Assembly: GCF_964188315.1 (NCBI RefSeq)
Contig: NC_135656.1
Span: 42,408,001-42,472,000 of the forward strand
Length of the DNA: 64,000 nt
Source: Podarcis muralis
Taxonomy: Eukaryota
Direction of reading: 5' to 3'
Below the pieces are notes generated by a model. It saw only the letters and a program-made list of their open reading frames with translations. It was not told the origin of the DNA and made no database searches. The number at the start of each line of letters is the position of its first letter. Positions within the stretch are counted from its first letter, which is position 1. Below are positions 51,001 through 58,316 of the stretch, piece after piece. The translations under genes were made by a program, and so were the position numbers.

Positions 51001-54000
51001 CCTGGAAGCAGTGCGAGAGCCCCCTGTGCTTGCAGCTCTTCAACAACAGCCAGTGTGATGAGATGTGCAACACTGCCGAGTGCCTTTACGACAACTTTGA
51101 CTGCAAGAGCCATGAGTCCAGCTGCAAGTGAGTCCTGCCACTGCCTCTTGAGTAGGGGAGGCCTCTAGTTGTGTATACTGTACCAGAGACCCCTGGAATC
51201 AAGGGCCACCCCAACTAACTGAGGAACCAAGACTTATTTTAGGCAGTGTAGGGGTGCTGTGCACAAACTCGGGTGCTTCCACTGAGACCTATGAATTTAT
51301 ATCTGTCCCTATGTCCGACACCAAACATGGCAGAGTCTTGGTATTATTTGCATGGATTCCTTCTATGTATTCCACTTGACTAGCTCTGAGACTTGGCCAT
51401 GTTAGCTGTGGGGTGTAGGAATCCGCTGCAGAACCATAATGCCTTGTGCCCTTTCCTCCTTAGGGCTTAACTAGGCACCAGTGAGCTGTATTGGCATAGG
51501 GTTGGTTATGACAGGCGTGACTCAGTTCCTTCTCCTCCTCCTCCTTCTTCCACAGCCCTGTCTATGAGAAATACTGCTCAGATCACTTTGCTGATAGCCA
51601 TTGTGACCAGGGCTGCAACAATGAAGAGTGTGGCTGGGATGGGCTGGACTGTGCACTGGAGGTGCCTGAGCGCTTGGCGGACGGCGTTCTGGTCATCACT
51701 GTGCTGCTACACCCTGACGAATTGCTCCGCACAAGCGCCACCTTCCTGCAGAAGCTGAGTTCCATTTTGAGAACCTCCTTGCGCTTCCGCCGTGACAAGG
51801 ACGGTAACTTCATGATCAAGCCATATTATGGCAGTCGGCCACCGTATTATGGATCTGGCGGTCGGCAACGCAGGGAACTGGAACAAGAGATTATTGGGTG
51901 AGTCACACAGAGGAGCTGAAGAAAAGCAAGGAGCTTTGAGAGTTCAGAGAGCTGCTTGGTTGGGGGGGGGGGTGTTGTAGGACCCAGGCCTTAAGGAACA
52001 TGGAGGGAGGAATATAAGAAGGTTCTGAATTGGAAGGAGAGGTAGTTGGGCCCAGAGGCTCAGCTAAACTACTTCCAACAGCCTTCACAGAATAAGGCAG
52101 CTGTGGGGGGGGGGGGGACTGTAGAACTGGCATACAAATCTGAGGGTTTTGAGGAAATACTAACAAATCCCGAGTCACCACAAAAACTGTTTTGGAGCTG
52201 ATAACAGGATTATTTAGTGATAGATTTCCATAACTAGACGGGAATTCATTCAAGCGCTTTTAGATAACTTTATTATATTATTCAAGAACCGCTTCTGATG
52301 CCTAACTGCTTTCTTAGCCAAAGTACCAGAAGGTGGCTAATGAAATAAAAGAAGCAAGCGAGTGCCTGAGATAGTGGAGGATCTCTGGAAGCTTTAGGTT
52401 AATGCCAAGCAAGTGGGTTGCATGCATCGTTAAGAACAAACGGGGTAAATGTGATCTGCTTAGGAAGAGTCAGCCTGCATTTTGTAAGAAGAGATTGTGC
52501 TTCACAAATACATTAGGATTATTAAAGCTACTGATAGAATCTTGGGTGGTCTTTTCCTTGATGTGTGTATTTGGAAGTGCCCATTCTAAAATTCAGTGTG
52601 TAAAAAGCAACAGACCTTGTTTCCTGCACCAAAGGATGAATGGGGAGCAGGACCTTCTGTGGAGCTGGCTGACTTGCCTTGTCCTAGGATTGTGTGTGCT
52701 ACTAGATAAGGAGTTCTAGGCCCTCATAACACTTGCTTCTTCCTCCAGGTCTGAGGTCACTCTTGAGATTGATAACCGACTCTGCTACCAGGCTTCAGAC
52801 AAGTGCTTCCCTGATGCAGATAGTGCTGCAGACTATCTGGCTGCCCTGTCAGCGGTGGAGCGCCTAGAGTTCCCATACCCCCTGAAGGCTGTGCGAGGTG
52901 AGGGCAGCAGAGGAGTCATTTGCTGGAAGCAGAATTTGACTGGGTTTGGACTTTACAGGAAGGTCATGACAGGGTCTCCTAATAGGGCGGTATTGTTTCT
53001 ACAGGTGAAAAGATCAAAGAGGAAGGCGAACTTAAGCTGGTGCCATTGCTGGTGGTGGCATGCCTGATTCTGCTGGTGATTCTGGTGCTGGGTGTGCTAG
53101 TGGCACGGCGCAAAAGAGAGCACAGCACCCTCTGGTTCCCTGAAGGCTTCAGTCTGAAGAAAGAGAGCAGCAATAAGAACCGGCGTGAGCCTGTGGGTCA
53201 GGATGCCCTAGGCATGAAGTAAGAGCCTTTCATTCACCCAGAATGAAACCCCAGTTCCTGCAGCAGGTTTCAGCTTCTGCAGGAGATGGTCAGCTATCTG
53301 TGGCTCCCAAATGTGCTTTAGTTAGCTGATGGAGAACTTTTCCTTCATTTTGTGGTGTGGTGTGGGAAAGAGCAAGAGGGTGTAAGCCCATAGGCTTGGT
53401 GTTTGCCCTGCACTACTGTTTGACTTCACTGTGTATCTTTCCCCCTGCTGCAGGAATATTGGCAAAGGAGAGAGCCTAATACCAGACAGCTCAGAAGACT
53501 GGCTGGAAGAGTGCCCAGAGGCCAAGCGACTAAAGGTATTCCTTTTGAGACTTTGCCTGTCTTAAGAAAGGGGATTCCAGCTCCTCATAAGAGCTACCCC
53601 ACTGCCTCCCCCGCCCTTTCTCTTGGTGTCCGCAGGTATTACTCCCTGCATCAGACTACTTGTGGGCCTGACTCATTAGTGTTTGCAAGCAGCAATGAAG
53701 TAGTTTGATGCACTAGGTGAATAGGCGCATATTATGTCTTTCCATAATAGCTACAGGCCCGTGTTCATCCTTGCCAGGTGGAGGAGCCAGCCATAGATCG
53801 TGAAGACCCTGTGGACTGCCGTCAATGGACACAGCATCACTTGGTGGCAGCAGACATCCGCATGCCGCCATCTATGGCCCTGACGCCACCCCAGGGTGAA
53901 TTTGATACTGACTGCATGGACGTCAATGTCCGTGGACCAGGTAACTGGGAATAAGGGCAGCGAGTTGGGTCTGCGAGCGCTCATACGGAGCTTTTGCAGA

Positions 54001-57000
54001 CAGTGTCTGATGAACAGAATAGATCTGTTACTTCCTGTCTTCTGTAACAAGTCCCAACATGTTTTGTTCTAATCCAGTATGTGGCACATGGGAGAGGAGA
54101 AACAGAGCAAATCTTTTAACAAAAGCCAAACACAACAGCAACAACCCTTGTTGGGATCTCCTTACAGATGGTTTCACTCCACTTATGTTGGCCTCCTTCC
54201 GTGGTGGTGGTGAAATGGAGACTGAACTGGCTGAGGAAGAGGAAGCGGATGACTCCTCTGCCAACATAATCTCGGACCTAATCTGCCAGGGGGCTAACCT
54301 GAGTGCCCAGACAGACCGCACAGGTGAAACTGCCCTGCATTTGGCTGCCAGATATGCACGGGCAGATGCTACCAAGCGCTTGCTGGATGCTGGTGCCGAT
54401 ACCAATGCACAAGACAACACAGGGCGCACACCGCTTCATGCTGCCGTGACTGCTGATGCCCAGGGAGTCTTCCAGGTAGGTCTCACCCAATGGACTAGTG
54501 TGGCCTTTTAAATCCTGGACATAAATCCCCTTCCCCTGCCTTGCCCATGTTAACAGCATGCTCCAGTACCCTTTTTAAGTGGAGAGCCACTGTGATGGTT
54601 ACCACCTGGAAGTTATTCGTGTGTTATCCACTCATTACCTCTCTGGGGACACGATGAAAAGTTAGTCAGCCTGGCTGTACTTTGCATTGATAAGAGTGAA
54701 TGAGAACCTAAGAACTGTACTTGAGGCGATAGTGTTACTGTGCACACGCTGCCTTGGATGGTGTGTGTTTTTGGCACCAACCTAACACACCAACATGTTC
54801 TGTTGCCAGATCCTGATCCGGAATCGATCTACAGACTTGGATGCCCGAATGGGGGATGGTTCAACAGCACTGATCCTAGCAGCCAGGCTGGCTGTTGAGG
54901 GCATGGTGGAGGAGCTGATTGTCTGCCACGCTGATGTCAACGCTGTGGATGAGATGGGTACGTAACCCCCAGAGAGGCTGCGGGGCTGAGTTCATTTACT
55001 TGGCTAGCCTGCGTTATGCTGAACTTCAGCGGGAGGCCTCCTCAGAACTACAACATGCATTGCAAATGTATTCCAAATTAATGCCACAAATGCACTGGCT
55101 GAACCTCCAGTCTGGTTGCCCTGGGCATTTCTCAAGCATCAGCAATTCACTTGGCCATTCTCCTGACTCCTGCTTCCCTCTCTAAGCTCCTTAGATGCAT
55201 TCTGATGAGGCTCTGCAAGGCAAGAGCCCCTGTCATCATAGAGCCCTGAGTGCCAGAGGTGGGCGGAGCAAAAGGATGGATTACACACGTGACAAGGAGT
55301 GTGGGATTATTATTTATCTCTCTCTCGTCACATTCTTGAGAGTCAATAGGACACCCCCCCTCTCTCTGCTACCTATTTTTTACTGGCTCTTCTTTTTTCA
55401 GTCTGCCTATTGAACTGCTGGAAAGGGGACAGAAAACCCTTGCCAGAACTGATTGGGTGCAGAGGATTTCCCTCTCCAAGCATCCATTGCTGGCGTCCCT
55501 CTTCCCATATCTCGCCCCCAGCCAGAGTTCTAAACTATTTGCTTGCAGAGGGCATGCCCTGCCTGCCCTTCCATCATTCCACCCATTTTGCCTTTTCCCG
55601 TTCCAATCCACCACCCTGCCCTCCTTTCCCCCTCTCCCACCCGCATGAAAATAAGCCAAGATCCATGTGTGGCCCTCGTTCCTGATGTATTAAGACAACG
55701 CCTTACTGTGTGGAGGGGTATTAAGAGAGTCTTGGTGTGCAGGGTCGAAATGACAGAAGACCTTCTGGGGAACCTGCTGGTGATTCTGGGGACCCCATAG
55801 CTGCTTGACTCTTGCATGGACATGCATCTCCATAACAAAGCAGCTGATTTGCTGAGAGGACAAATCCAGAGTCTACAGAAGGTCCAGCATTAAAGCACAG
55901 AATGAGCAGCAACAGGCGAGGATGGTAGTGAGGAGCAAGGTGGTAGCTTTAGATTGAGGAGAGTTAGGGGAGCTGATGCAGCAGAATACTTCTAGTGGGA
56001 TCTGAGACTCGGTATCAAAGAGAGAACTTACAGTAATCCTCATGGTGTCGTTCCTCTCAGGTAAATCAGCCCTGCACTGGGCAGCAGCTGTCAACAATGT
56101 GGAGGCCACGATTGCGCTGCTGAAGAATGGAGCCAACAAGGACATGCAGGACAGCAAAGTAAGTTCTTTATTGCATTTGTTTTTCATGTGATGCTTTAAG
56201 TTTCATGTGTCCCCATAACTTGGCAGAATCACATCTGTTGCTGTAGGCTCTTTCTGACAGGAGCAGCTCTTTCCATCCCTGTAAATGTCTTTAAGCTAGT
56301 CCTGTATATGGTGGGGAGGTTTACATGGAGACCAGAAGCTCATGGCTCCTTTTCTAGAACGCTTTGTAGTATGTGCTCTTCATCACCCTGTCCTCTCTGC
56401 GGCAGGAGGAGACACCGCTGTTCCTGGCAGCCCGGGAAGGCAGTTACGAGGCAGCCAAAATCCTGCTGGATCACTTTGCCAACCGCGAAATCACAGACCA
56501 CATGGATCGCCTGCCACGCGACGTGGCTCAGGAGCGCTTGCACCACGACATTGTCCGGCTTCTGGACGACTACAACACCGTGCGCAGCCCACAGGGGGCG
56601 TTGCCTGCCGGCCACTCCCTCTCCCCTCTCATGTGCCCTCCCAATAGCTTCTTGCCCAGCTTGAAGCCCACGCCACAGGGCAAGAAGAGCCGGCGCCCTA
56701 GCACCAAGAACGCGGCAGGCAGCAGCGCCAGCCTGGCAAGGGAGAGCAAAGAGGCCAAGGCACGTGCCAAGAAGCTCAACCTGGAGTGCCAAGGCTCTCT
56801 CCTGGAGAGCTCTGTCACCCTGTCTCCCGTTGACTCACTGGACTCCCCCTATGTGCCCAACCCTGCCTCGCCAGGGGTCTTCCACCCAGCCAACTCCTCC
56901 CTGTCAGTGCCCTCCACTCCCATGGTCCATGGCATGATGGAGGCGCCCTTTGCTGTCAGTCTGGCACGCCTCAGCGACCTAGGGGATGGCACCCTCCTCT

Positions 57001-57641
57001 CCATGAACCGCCTCTCGGTGCCACCAGGCCGCATGGGGCTCAGCCTGGGCATGGTGAGCCCCGTGGCCATGCCCTTTGATTGGCACGCCCGTGTCCCCAC
57101 TTCCCAGTGCCAGCCAATCATAGGGGTTGTGCACCCTGCCGCCTCCCATCCCAACCTGCACCAACCAGGCCAGGCTTTCCCACCAGGGCTGCTTCTGCCC
57201 AGCCACATGGCCATGGGGCACAGCTCCCAGGGTCTGCCCAACTCAGCTCCTCCACAGGCCAAGGAGGCAGCCCAGCCCATGCCCCCGCCAGCTACCACCA
57301 TGAGAACCAACCAGCCTGTCTCGCCCCAGGAGGCCCAGGGGGCGCCCCGTGCAGGGCCCCCACAGTACCTAAAGCCGGCAGGGGTGGAGGATTACCCGAC
57401 ACCCCCTTCTCAACACAGCTACACACAGGGGCAGGACGCGACCCCCAAGCACTTCCTCCATCCGCCCAGTGAGCACCCCTACCTGACTCCTTCGCCAGAG
57501 TCCCCAGAGCAGTGGAGCAGCCCCTCGCCCCACTCCTTGTCCGACTGGTCTGAATCTACTCCCAGCCCGACTGTCCTGGGGCCCAGCCACACCCAGCTGC
57601 CTTCGGTGGAGCCATCCGCTAAGATGCAGGTGTTTGCGTGA
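2110..57641 (+). CDS. NOTCH3: Notch receptor 3, complete 34-exon gene model (7191 nt CDS, 2396 aa)
   Basis: Exons join in one frame with GT-AG borders. Paralogue-diagnostic segments match recalled NOTCH3: [15 protein letters not shown]...[45 protein letters not shown] and C-terminal KMQVFA (human KRQVLA). Many exon lengths equal the recalled human values (143, 123, 234, 156, 186, 114, 114, 234, 111, 193, 202, 185, 133, 163, 148, 98). Confidence 0.96.
5992..6205. mobile_element. Tc1/mariner (pogo/Tigger-like) MITE, family A
   Basis: TA|CAGTGGTAC...GTACCACTG|TA; homologous to copies at 19740, 31377, 59208 and 61816. Confidence 0.9.
6595..6765 (+). mobile_element. tRNA-derived SINE (tRNA-Ala-like head; possibly Squam2)
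   Basis: A box TAGCACAGTGG (6601) and B box GGTTCAATCC (6644), then a non-tRNA body. A degenerate antisense relative lies at about 35183-35350. Confidence 0.65.
8669..8805. mobile_element. Short hAT MITE (about 140-bp family)
   Basis: TIR CAGGGATGG / CCATCCCTG; flanks ttataggg / ctctaggg; similar to copies at 16253 and 30658. Confidence 0.75.
9685..9925. mobile_element. Tc1/mariner MITE, family B
   Basis: TA|CAGTAGTACCTTGG...CCAAGGTACGATTG|TA; homologous to copies at 41776 and 59503. Confidence 0.88.
11108..11447 (-). mobile_element. Sauria SINE, full length
   Basis: On the - strand: tRNA-related head with B box GGTTCGAATCC and (ACCTTT)n tail; 12-bp TSD ctggtcataata / ctgggcataata. Confidence 0.88.
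11609..11665. repeat. Compound microsatellite (TC)n(GT)n
   Basis: Directly visible. Confidence 0.95.
14693..14755 (-). mobile_element. CR1-type 3' tail fragment
   Basis: Reverse complement ...gactaaatgacccccagtatcccttccaatgccacaattctatgattcta resembles the tails at 44217 and 63426. Confidence 0.55.
15173..15213. repeat. (GTT)13 microsatellite about 155 bp upstream of exon 2
   Basis: Directly visible. Confidence 0.95.
15369..15450 (+). CDS. NOTCH3: NOTCH3 exon 2 (most of EGF1)
   Basis: ctacag|CC ATA CAG TGC; [27 protein letters not shown]; AT|gtaagt. Confidence 0.92.
16253..16392. mobile_element. Short hAT MITE, degenerate copy
   Basis: Same internal layout as 8669 and 30658 (gactcca..cccat / atgggagttgt). 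Confidence 0.6.
16620..17060 (+). mobile_element. Possible decayed L1-like LINE 3' fragment
   Basis: AT-rich; encodes [13 protein letters not shown]-like residues reminiscent of L1 ORF2 C-termini, followed by a T/A-rich tail. Weak pattern recognition only. Confidence 0.3.
17110..17370. mobile_element. Tc1/mariner MITE with family-A TIR but a different CpG-rich interior
   Basis: TA|CAGTGGTACCTCGGGTTAC...GCAACCCGAGGTTCCACTG|TA. Confidence 0.85.
19740..19987. mobile_element. Family-A MITE with internal fold-back rearrangement
   Basis: TA TSD and intact TIRs; 58-bp inverted arms at 19855-19912 and 19925-19982. Confidence 0.9.
20368..20468. repeat. Small inverted-repeat element
   Basis: gctgagctaaaccatgggt ... 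acccatggtttggcttagc (17/19 complementary). Confidence 0.55.
22972..23253. mobile_element. Degenerate hAT-type MITE
   Basis: Ends cagaagtttccacccttttt and ttgggaacca resemble CAGTGGTTCCCAA-type TIRs such as 778-1062; no clean TSD. Confidence 0.4.
25488..26012 (+). mobile_element. L2-clade LINE 3' fragment (decayed ORF2 C-terminus plus tail)
   Basis: Translates as [33 protein letters not shown], later [12 protein letters not shown]-like with frameshifts; ends in an AATAAA-rich tail. Confidence 0.75.
27950..28092 (+). CDS. NOTCH3: NOTCH3 exon 3 (EGF1 end, EGF2)
   Basis: ctag|A TGC CAG; [16 protein letters not shown]...CPKGFR; G|gtaag; 143 nt. Confidence 0.95.
28299..28634 (+). CDS. NOTCH3: NOTCH3 exon 4 (EGF3-5)
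   Basis: tttag|GT CAA GAC; [14 protein letters not shown]...YECACLP; G|gtgagt; 336 nt. Confidence 0.95.
29264..29386 (+). CDS. NOTCH3: NOTCH3 exon 5 (EGF6)
   Basis: tttcag|GC TTC; [18 protein letters not shown]...PPEWT; G|gtactg; 123 nt. Confidence 0.95.
29784..30017 (+). CDS. NOTCH3: NOTCH3 exon 6 (EGF7-8)
   Basis: tgtag|GC CAG; [17 protein letters not shown]...CPMGKT; G|gtaact; 234 nt. Confidence 0.95.
30303..30458 (+). CDS. NOTCH3: NOTCH3 exon 7 (EGF9)
   Basis: ttccag|GC CTT; [14 protein letters not shown]...DVDECSI; G|gtaaga; 156 nt. Confidence 0.95.
30658..30795. mobile_element. Short hAT MITE in intron 7
   Basis: TIR CAGGGATGCACAACCTGCG / CGCAGGTTACGCACCCCTG; perfect 8-bp TSD CCTTAAGT. 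Confidence 0.9.
30868..31053 (+). CDS. NOTCH3: NOTCH3 exon 8 (EGF10-11, core ligand-binding region)
   Basis: ctccag|GA GCC; [10 protein letters not shown]...[28 protein letters not shown]; G|gtgagt; 186 nt. EGF11 keeps the O-glucose (CLSMPC) and O-fucose (CQNDATC) consensus. Confidence 0.96.
31377..31933. mobile_element. Family-A MITE interrupted by a nested insertion
   Basis: TA|CAGTGGTACCTCGGG...GGTACCACTG|TA; the two halves rejoin at GAGGTA-CTATTT as in the intact copy at 61816. Confidence 0.92.
31545..31873. mobile_element. Nested Tc1/mariner MITE, family C
   Basis: TA duplication; TIR CAGTGGTGCCTCGCAAGACGAA / TTTGTCTTGCGGGGCACCACTG (20/22); internal TTAGCGG-type repeats. Confidence 0.92.
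35183..35350 (-). mobile_element. Degenerate tRNA-derived SINE related to 6595-6765
   Basis: Reverse complement agctcagtg...ttgcatgctgaagatcccaggatcaacccctggcatc matches the head of the 6595 element. Confidence 0.5.
35962..36075 (+). CDS. NOTCH3: NOTCH3 exon 9 (EGF12)
   Basis: ttgcag|GT TTC; [18 protein letters not shown]...TCPS; G|gtaagc; 114 nt. Confidence 0.95.
37390..37503 (+). CDS. NOTCH3: NOTCH3 exon 10 (EGF13)
   Basis: ttcag|GC TTC; [18 protein letters not shown]...RCTE; G|gtaatt; 114 nt. Confidence 0.95.
38612..38845 (+). CDS. NOTCH3: NOTCH3 exon 11 (EGF14-15)
   Basis: ttacag|GT TTT; [18 protein letters not shown]...CLQGTS; G|gtaggg; 234 nt. Confidence 0.95.
39037..39073. repeat. 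(AC)n microsatellite
   Basis: Directly visible. Confidence 0.95.
40111..40221 (+). CDS. NOTCH3: NOTCH3 exon 12 (EGF16)
   Basis: tccaag|GT GCC; [15 protein letters not shown]...KPGFT; G|gtgatg; 111 nt. Confidence 0.94.
40496..40688 (+). CDS. NOTCH3: NOTCH3 exon 13 (EGF17-18)
   Basis: cttag|GT CCC; [15 protein letters not shown]...HDNIN; GG|gtgaga; 193 nt. Confidence 0.95.
40842..40987 (+). CDS. NOTCH3: NOTCH3 exon 14 (EGF18-19)
   Basis: ctacag|G TAC; [14 protein letters not shown]...CKEGFQ; G|gtatgc; 146 nt. Confidence 0.95.
41355..41468 (+). CDS. NOTCH3: NOTCH3 exon 15 (EGF20, equivalent to Notch1/2 EGF21; no counterpart in human NOTCH3)
   Basis: ttctgcag|GG ACC; [37 protein letters not shown]; G|gtgagc; 114 nt, phase 1-1, six-cysteine pattern intact. 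Too short for the ORF track. Confidence 0.92.
41776..42024. mobile_element. Family-B MITE in intron 15
   Basis: TA|CAGTCGTACCTCGG...CCAAGGTACGACTG|TA. Confidence 0.9.
42697..42816 (+). CDS. NOTCH3: NOTCH3 exon 16 (EGF21)
   Basis: ccacag|GC CGG; [15 protein letters not shown]...APGWQ; G|gtactc; 120 nt. Confidence 0.94.
43377..43529 (+). CDS. NOTCH3: NOTCH3 exon 17 (EGF22)
   Basis: ccatag|GG CAG; [15 protein letters not shown]...DIDDCKP; A|gtgagt; 153 nt. Confidence 0.94.
44217..44356 (-). mobile_element. SINE with tRNA-Lys(CTT) head and CR1 3' tail
   Basis: Reverse complement TAGCTCAGTCGGTAGAGCATGAGACTCTTAATCTCAGGG..GGGTTCGAGCCCCAC, then aaaagattcgtgcattgca...ttccaactctacgattcta; the acceptor stem does not pair. 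Confidence 0.82.
44656..44884 (+). CDS. NOTCH3: NOTCH3 exon 18 (EGF23-24)
   Basis: caacag|AT CCT; [15 protein letters not shown]...NVQECTD; AG|gtgagc; 229 nt. Confidence 0.95.
44975..45326 (-). mobile_element. Sauria SINE, full length, different subtype from 11108
   Basis: Collinear with 11108-11447; tRNA-related head and ACCTTT tail on the - strand. Confidence 0.88.
45982..46183 (+). CDS. NOTCH3: NOTCH3 exon 19 (EGF25-26)
   Basis: cggcag|C TCC; [14 protein letters not shown]...YTGSQCQ|gtaatc; 202 nt. Confidence 0.95.
46452..46605 (+). CDS. NOTCH3: NOTCH3 exon 20 (EGF27, start of EGF28)
   Basis: ctctag|ACC CTG; [11 protein letters not shown]...[11 protein letters not shown]; G|gtaagg; 154 nt. 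Confidence 0.95.
47397..47581 (+). CDS. NOTCH3: NOTCH3 exon 21 (EGF28-29)
   Basis: caatag|GT GTG; [13 protein letters not shown]...GDYVCE|gtgagg; 185 nt. Confidence 0.95.
48707..48839 (+). CDS. NOTCH3: NOTCH3 exon 22 (EGF30)
   Basis: ctccag|TGC CCG; [17 protein letters not shown]...PPGTL; G|gtaagt; 133 nt. Confidence 0.95.
49240..49491 (+). CDS. NOTCH3: NOTCH3 exon 23 (EGF31-32)
   Basis: ctctag|GT GTC; [21 protein letters not shown]...KPGYT; G|gtgagt; 252 nt. Confidence 0.95.
49883..49995 (+). CDS. NOTCH3: NOTCH3 exon 24 (EGF33)
   Basis: cctcag|GC CGC; [15 protein letters not shown]...CHCPR|gtgagt; 113 nt. Confidence 0.94.
50601..51127 (+). CDS. NOTCH3: NOTCH3 exon 25 (EGF34-35, LNR-A, LNR-B)
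   Basis: ttccag|GGT TAT; includes [13 protein letters not shown] and CLYDNFDC; AA|gtgagt; 527 nt. Confidence 0.96.
51556..51897 (+). CDS. NOTCH3: NOTCH3 exon 26 (LNR-C, HD-N, S1 furin site RQRR at 51863-51874)
   Basis: ccacag|C CCT; [32 protein letters not shown]...[11 protein letters not shown]; GG|gtgagt; 342 nt. Confidence 0.96.
52749..52897 (+). CDS. NOTCH3: NOTCH3 exon 27 (HD-C)
   Basis: ctccag|G TCT; [12 protein letters not shown]...FPYPLKAVR; G|gtgagg; 149 nt. Confidence 0.95.
53005..53218 (+). CDS. NOTCH3: NOTCH3 exon 28 (TM domain, RAM WFP motif)
   Basis: ctacag|GT GAA; [38 protein letters not shown]...DALGM; AA|gtaaga; 214 nt. Confidence 0.96.
53454..53535 (+). CDS. NOTCH3: NOTCH3 exon 29 (RAM, NLS AKRLK)
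   Basis: ctgcag|G AAT; [27 protein letters not shown]|gtattc; 82 nt. Confidence 0.9.
53778..53940 (+). CDS. NOTCH3: NOTCH3 exon 30 (RAM-ANK linker)
   Basis: tgccag|GTG GAG; [40 protein letters not shown]...VNVRGP; G|gtaact; 163 nt. Confidence 0.95.
54168..54475 (+). CDS. NOTCH3: NOTCH3 exon 31 (ankyrin repeats)
   Basis: ttacag|AT GGT; GFTPLMLAS...[19 protein letters not shown]...AQGVFQ|gtaggt; 308 nt. Confidence 0.97.
54810..54957 (+). CDS. NOTCH3: NOTCH3 exon 32 (ankyrin repeats)
   Basis: tgccag|ATC CTG; [36 protein letters not shown]...NAVDEM; G|gtacgt; 148 nt. Confidence 0.96.
56061..56158 (+). CDS. NOTCH3: NOTCH3 exon 33 (ankyrin repeats)
   Basis: tctcag|GT AAA; [32 protein letters not shown]|gtaagt; 98 nt. 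Confidence 0.96.
56406..57641 (+). CDS. NOTCH3: NOTCH3 exon 34 coding part (ANK end, NLS, TAD, PEST with FBXW7-type degron LTPSPES)
   Basis: cggcag|GAG GAG; [13 protein letters not shown]...KMQVFA then TGA; 1236 nt. Confidence 0.97.
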   Translation, partial: EETPLFLAAREGSYEAAKILLDHFANREITDHMDRLPRDVAQERLHHDIVRLLDDYNTVRSPQGALPAGHSLSPLMCPPNSFLPSLKPTPQGKKSRRPSTKNAAGSSASLARESKEAKARAKKLNLECQGSLLESSVTLSPVDSLDSPYVPNPASPGVFHPANSSLSVPSTPMVHGMMEAPFAVSLARLSDLGDGTLLSMNRLSVPPGRMGLSLGMVSPVAMPFDWHARVPTSQCQPIIGVVHPAASHPNLHQPGQAFPPGLLLPSHMAMGHSSQGLPNSAPPQAKEAAQPMPPPATTMRTNQPVSPQEAQGAPRAGPPQYLKPAGVEDYPTPPSQHSYTQGQDATPKHFLHPPSEHPYLTPSPESPEQWSSPSPHSLSDWSESTPSPTVLGPSHTQLPSVEPSAKMQVFA

Positions 57642-58300
57642 GGCGGTGGGTGGTGGAGCAGATCCCAGAGGCCTGTGTCCCTCTGTGGCCCCCATTGGGG
57701 CCTGCACTTGCCTCAGGGGCTCCTGTCGTCGTTTCCCCTGACTGTGTTTTTATAAGAGAAAAACTCAAGTGTAAAAAGGTTTTTTTAAAAAATAAAATAA
57801 AATAAAATATGCCTGGTCTTGGAGGGGGAAGGCATGGCCTCCCCGTTCCCTCACTGCCACAGAGCCCAGGCTGGCCCTCTCCCTTCCCCTCCCCTGTAAC
57901 CATGGCAACGAGGTTTCAGGGGAGGGCTTTTTTTTAAAAAAAGAAAATAAACTTTTTTTTTTTTGTATAAACACTGCATTTACTCCAAACGCTTTATTTT
58001 TTACAATGTATGCAATGTCAGAACCCCTGTCTTGCCACTCTTCTTCCTATGGGTCTTGAGCTGTGAGGAATGGAGAGGAAACTGTGCCCCTTGCTCCCCC
58101 CCTCTGCATGGCACTGTCTCTCGGGTCGAGCACCCACCTCCCCTCCCACCATGTTGGGGCGGGATTCTGCTCACTGTATTTGTGTACTGGGTACGCAGCA
58201 TTAGCCCAGACTGGCATTGCTATGCAGAGGGTCGAGCCCCAAACCTGCCCGCTGTCCTGCAGGAAACTAAGCCCCATAGGCCCCCCCCCCCAAACTTGGC

Positions 58301-58316
58301 ACTTCTTCACATTCCA
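58301..58316 (+). promoter_or_regulatory. miR-1/miR-206 8mer target site with 3'-supplementary pairing
   Basis: ACTTCTTCACATTCCA versus the miR-1 complement ACTTCTTTACATTCCA (15/16). Confidence 0.7.

Noticed and set aside
15369-51127. CADASIL-like odd cysteine number in an EGF repeat
   Set aside because: I counted six cysteines in each of the 35 EGF repeats and 3 LNRs.
55202-55232. Hammerhead-like CTGATGA followed by a 6-bp stem (GGCTCT/AGAGCC) in intron 32
   Set aside because: The required GAAA after stem II is absent (CCTG), and stems I and III are not evident.
2207-56405. U12-type or non-canonical introns
   Set aside because: All 33 introns are GT-AG with U2-type donors; none has the RTATCCT motif.
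2110-57641. Identity as NOTCH1, NOTCH2 or NOTCH4
   Set aside because: The extra exon gives a Notch1/2-like exon count. However, the RAM ([10 protein letters not shown]...GQDALGMK), PEST and C-terminal residues, most exon sizes and the missing N-terminal EGF repeat all match NOTCH3. A phylogeny would confirm.
56340-57707. Antisense and alternative-frame ORFs over the last exon
   Set aside because: Shadows of GC-rich NOTCH3 coding sequence.
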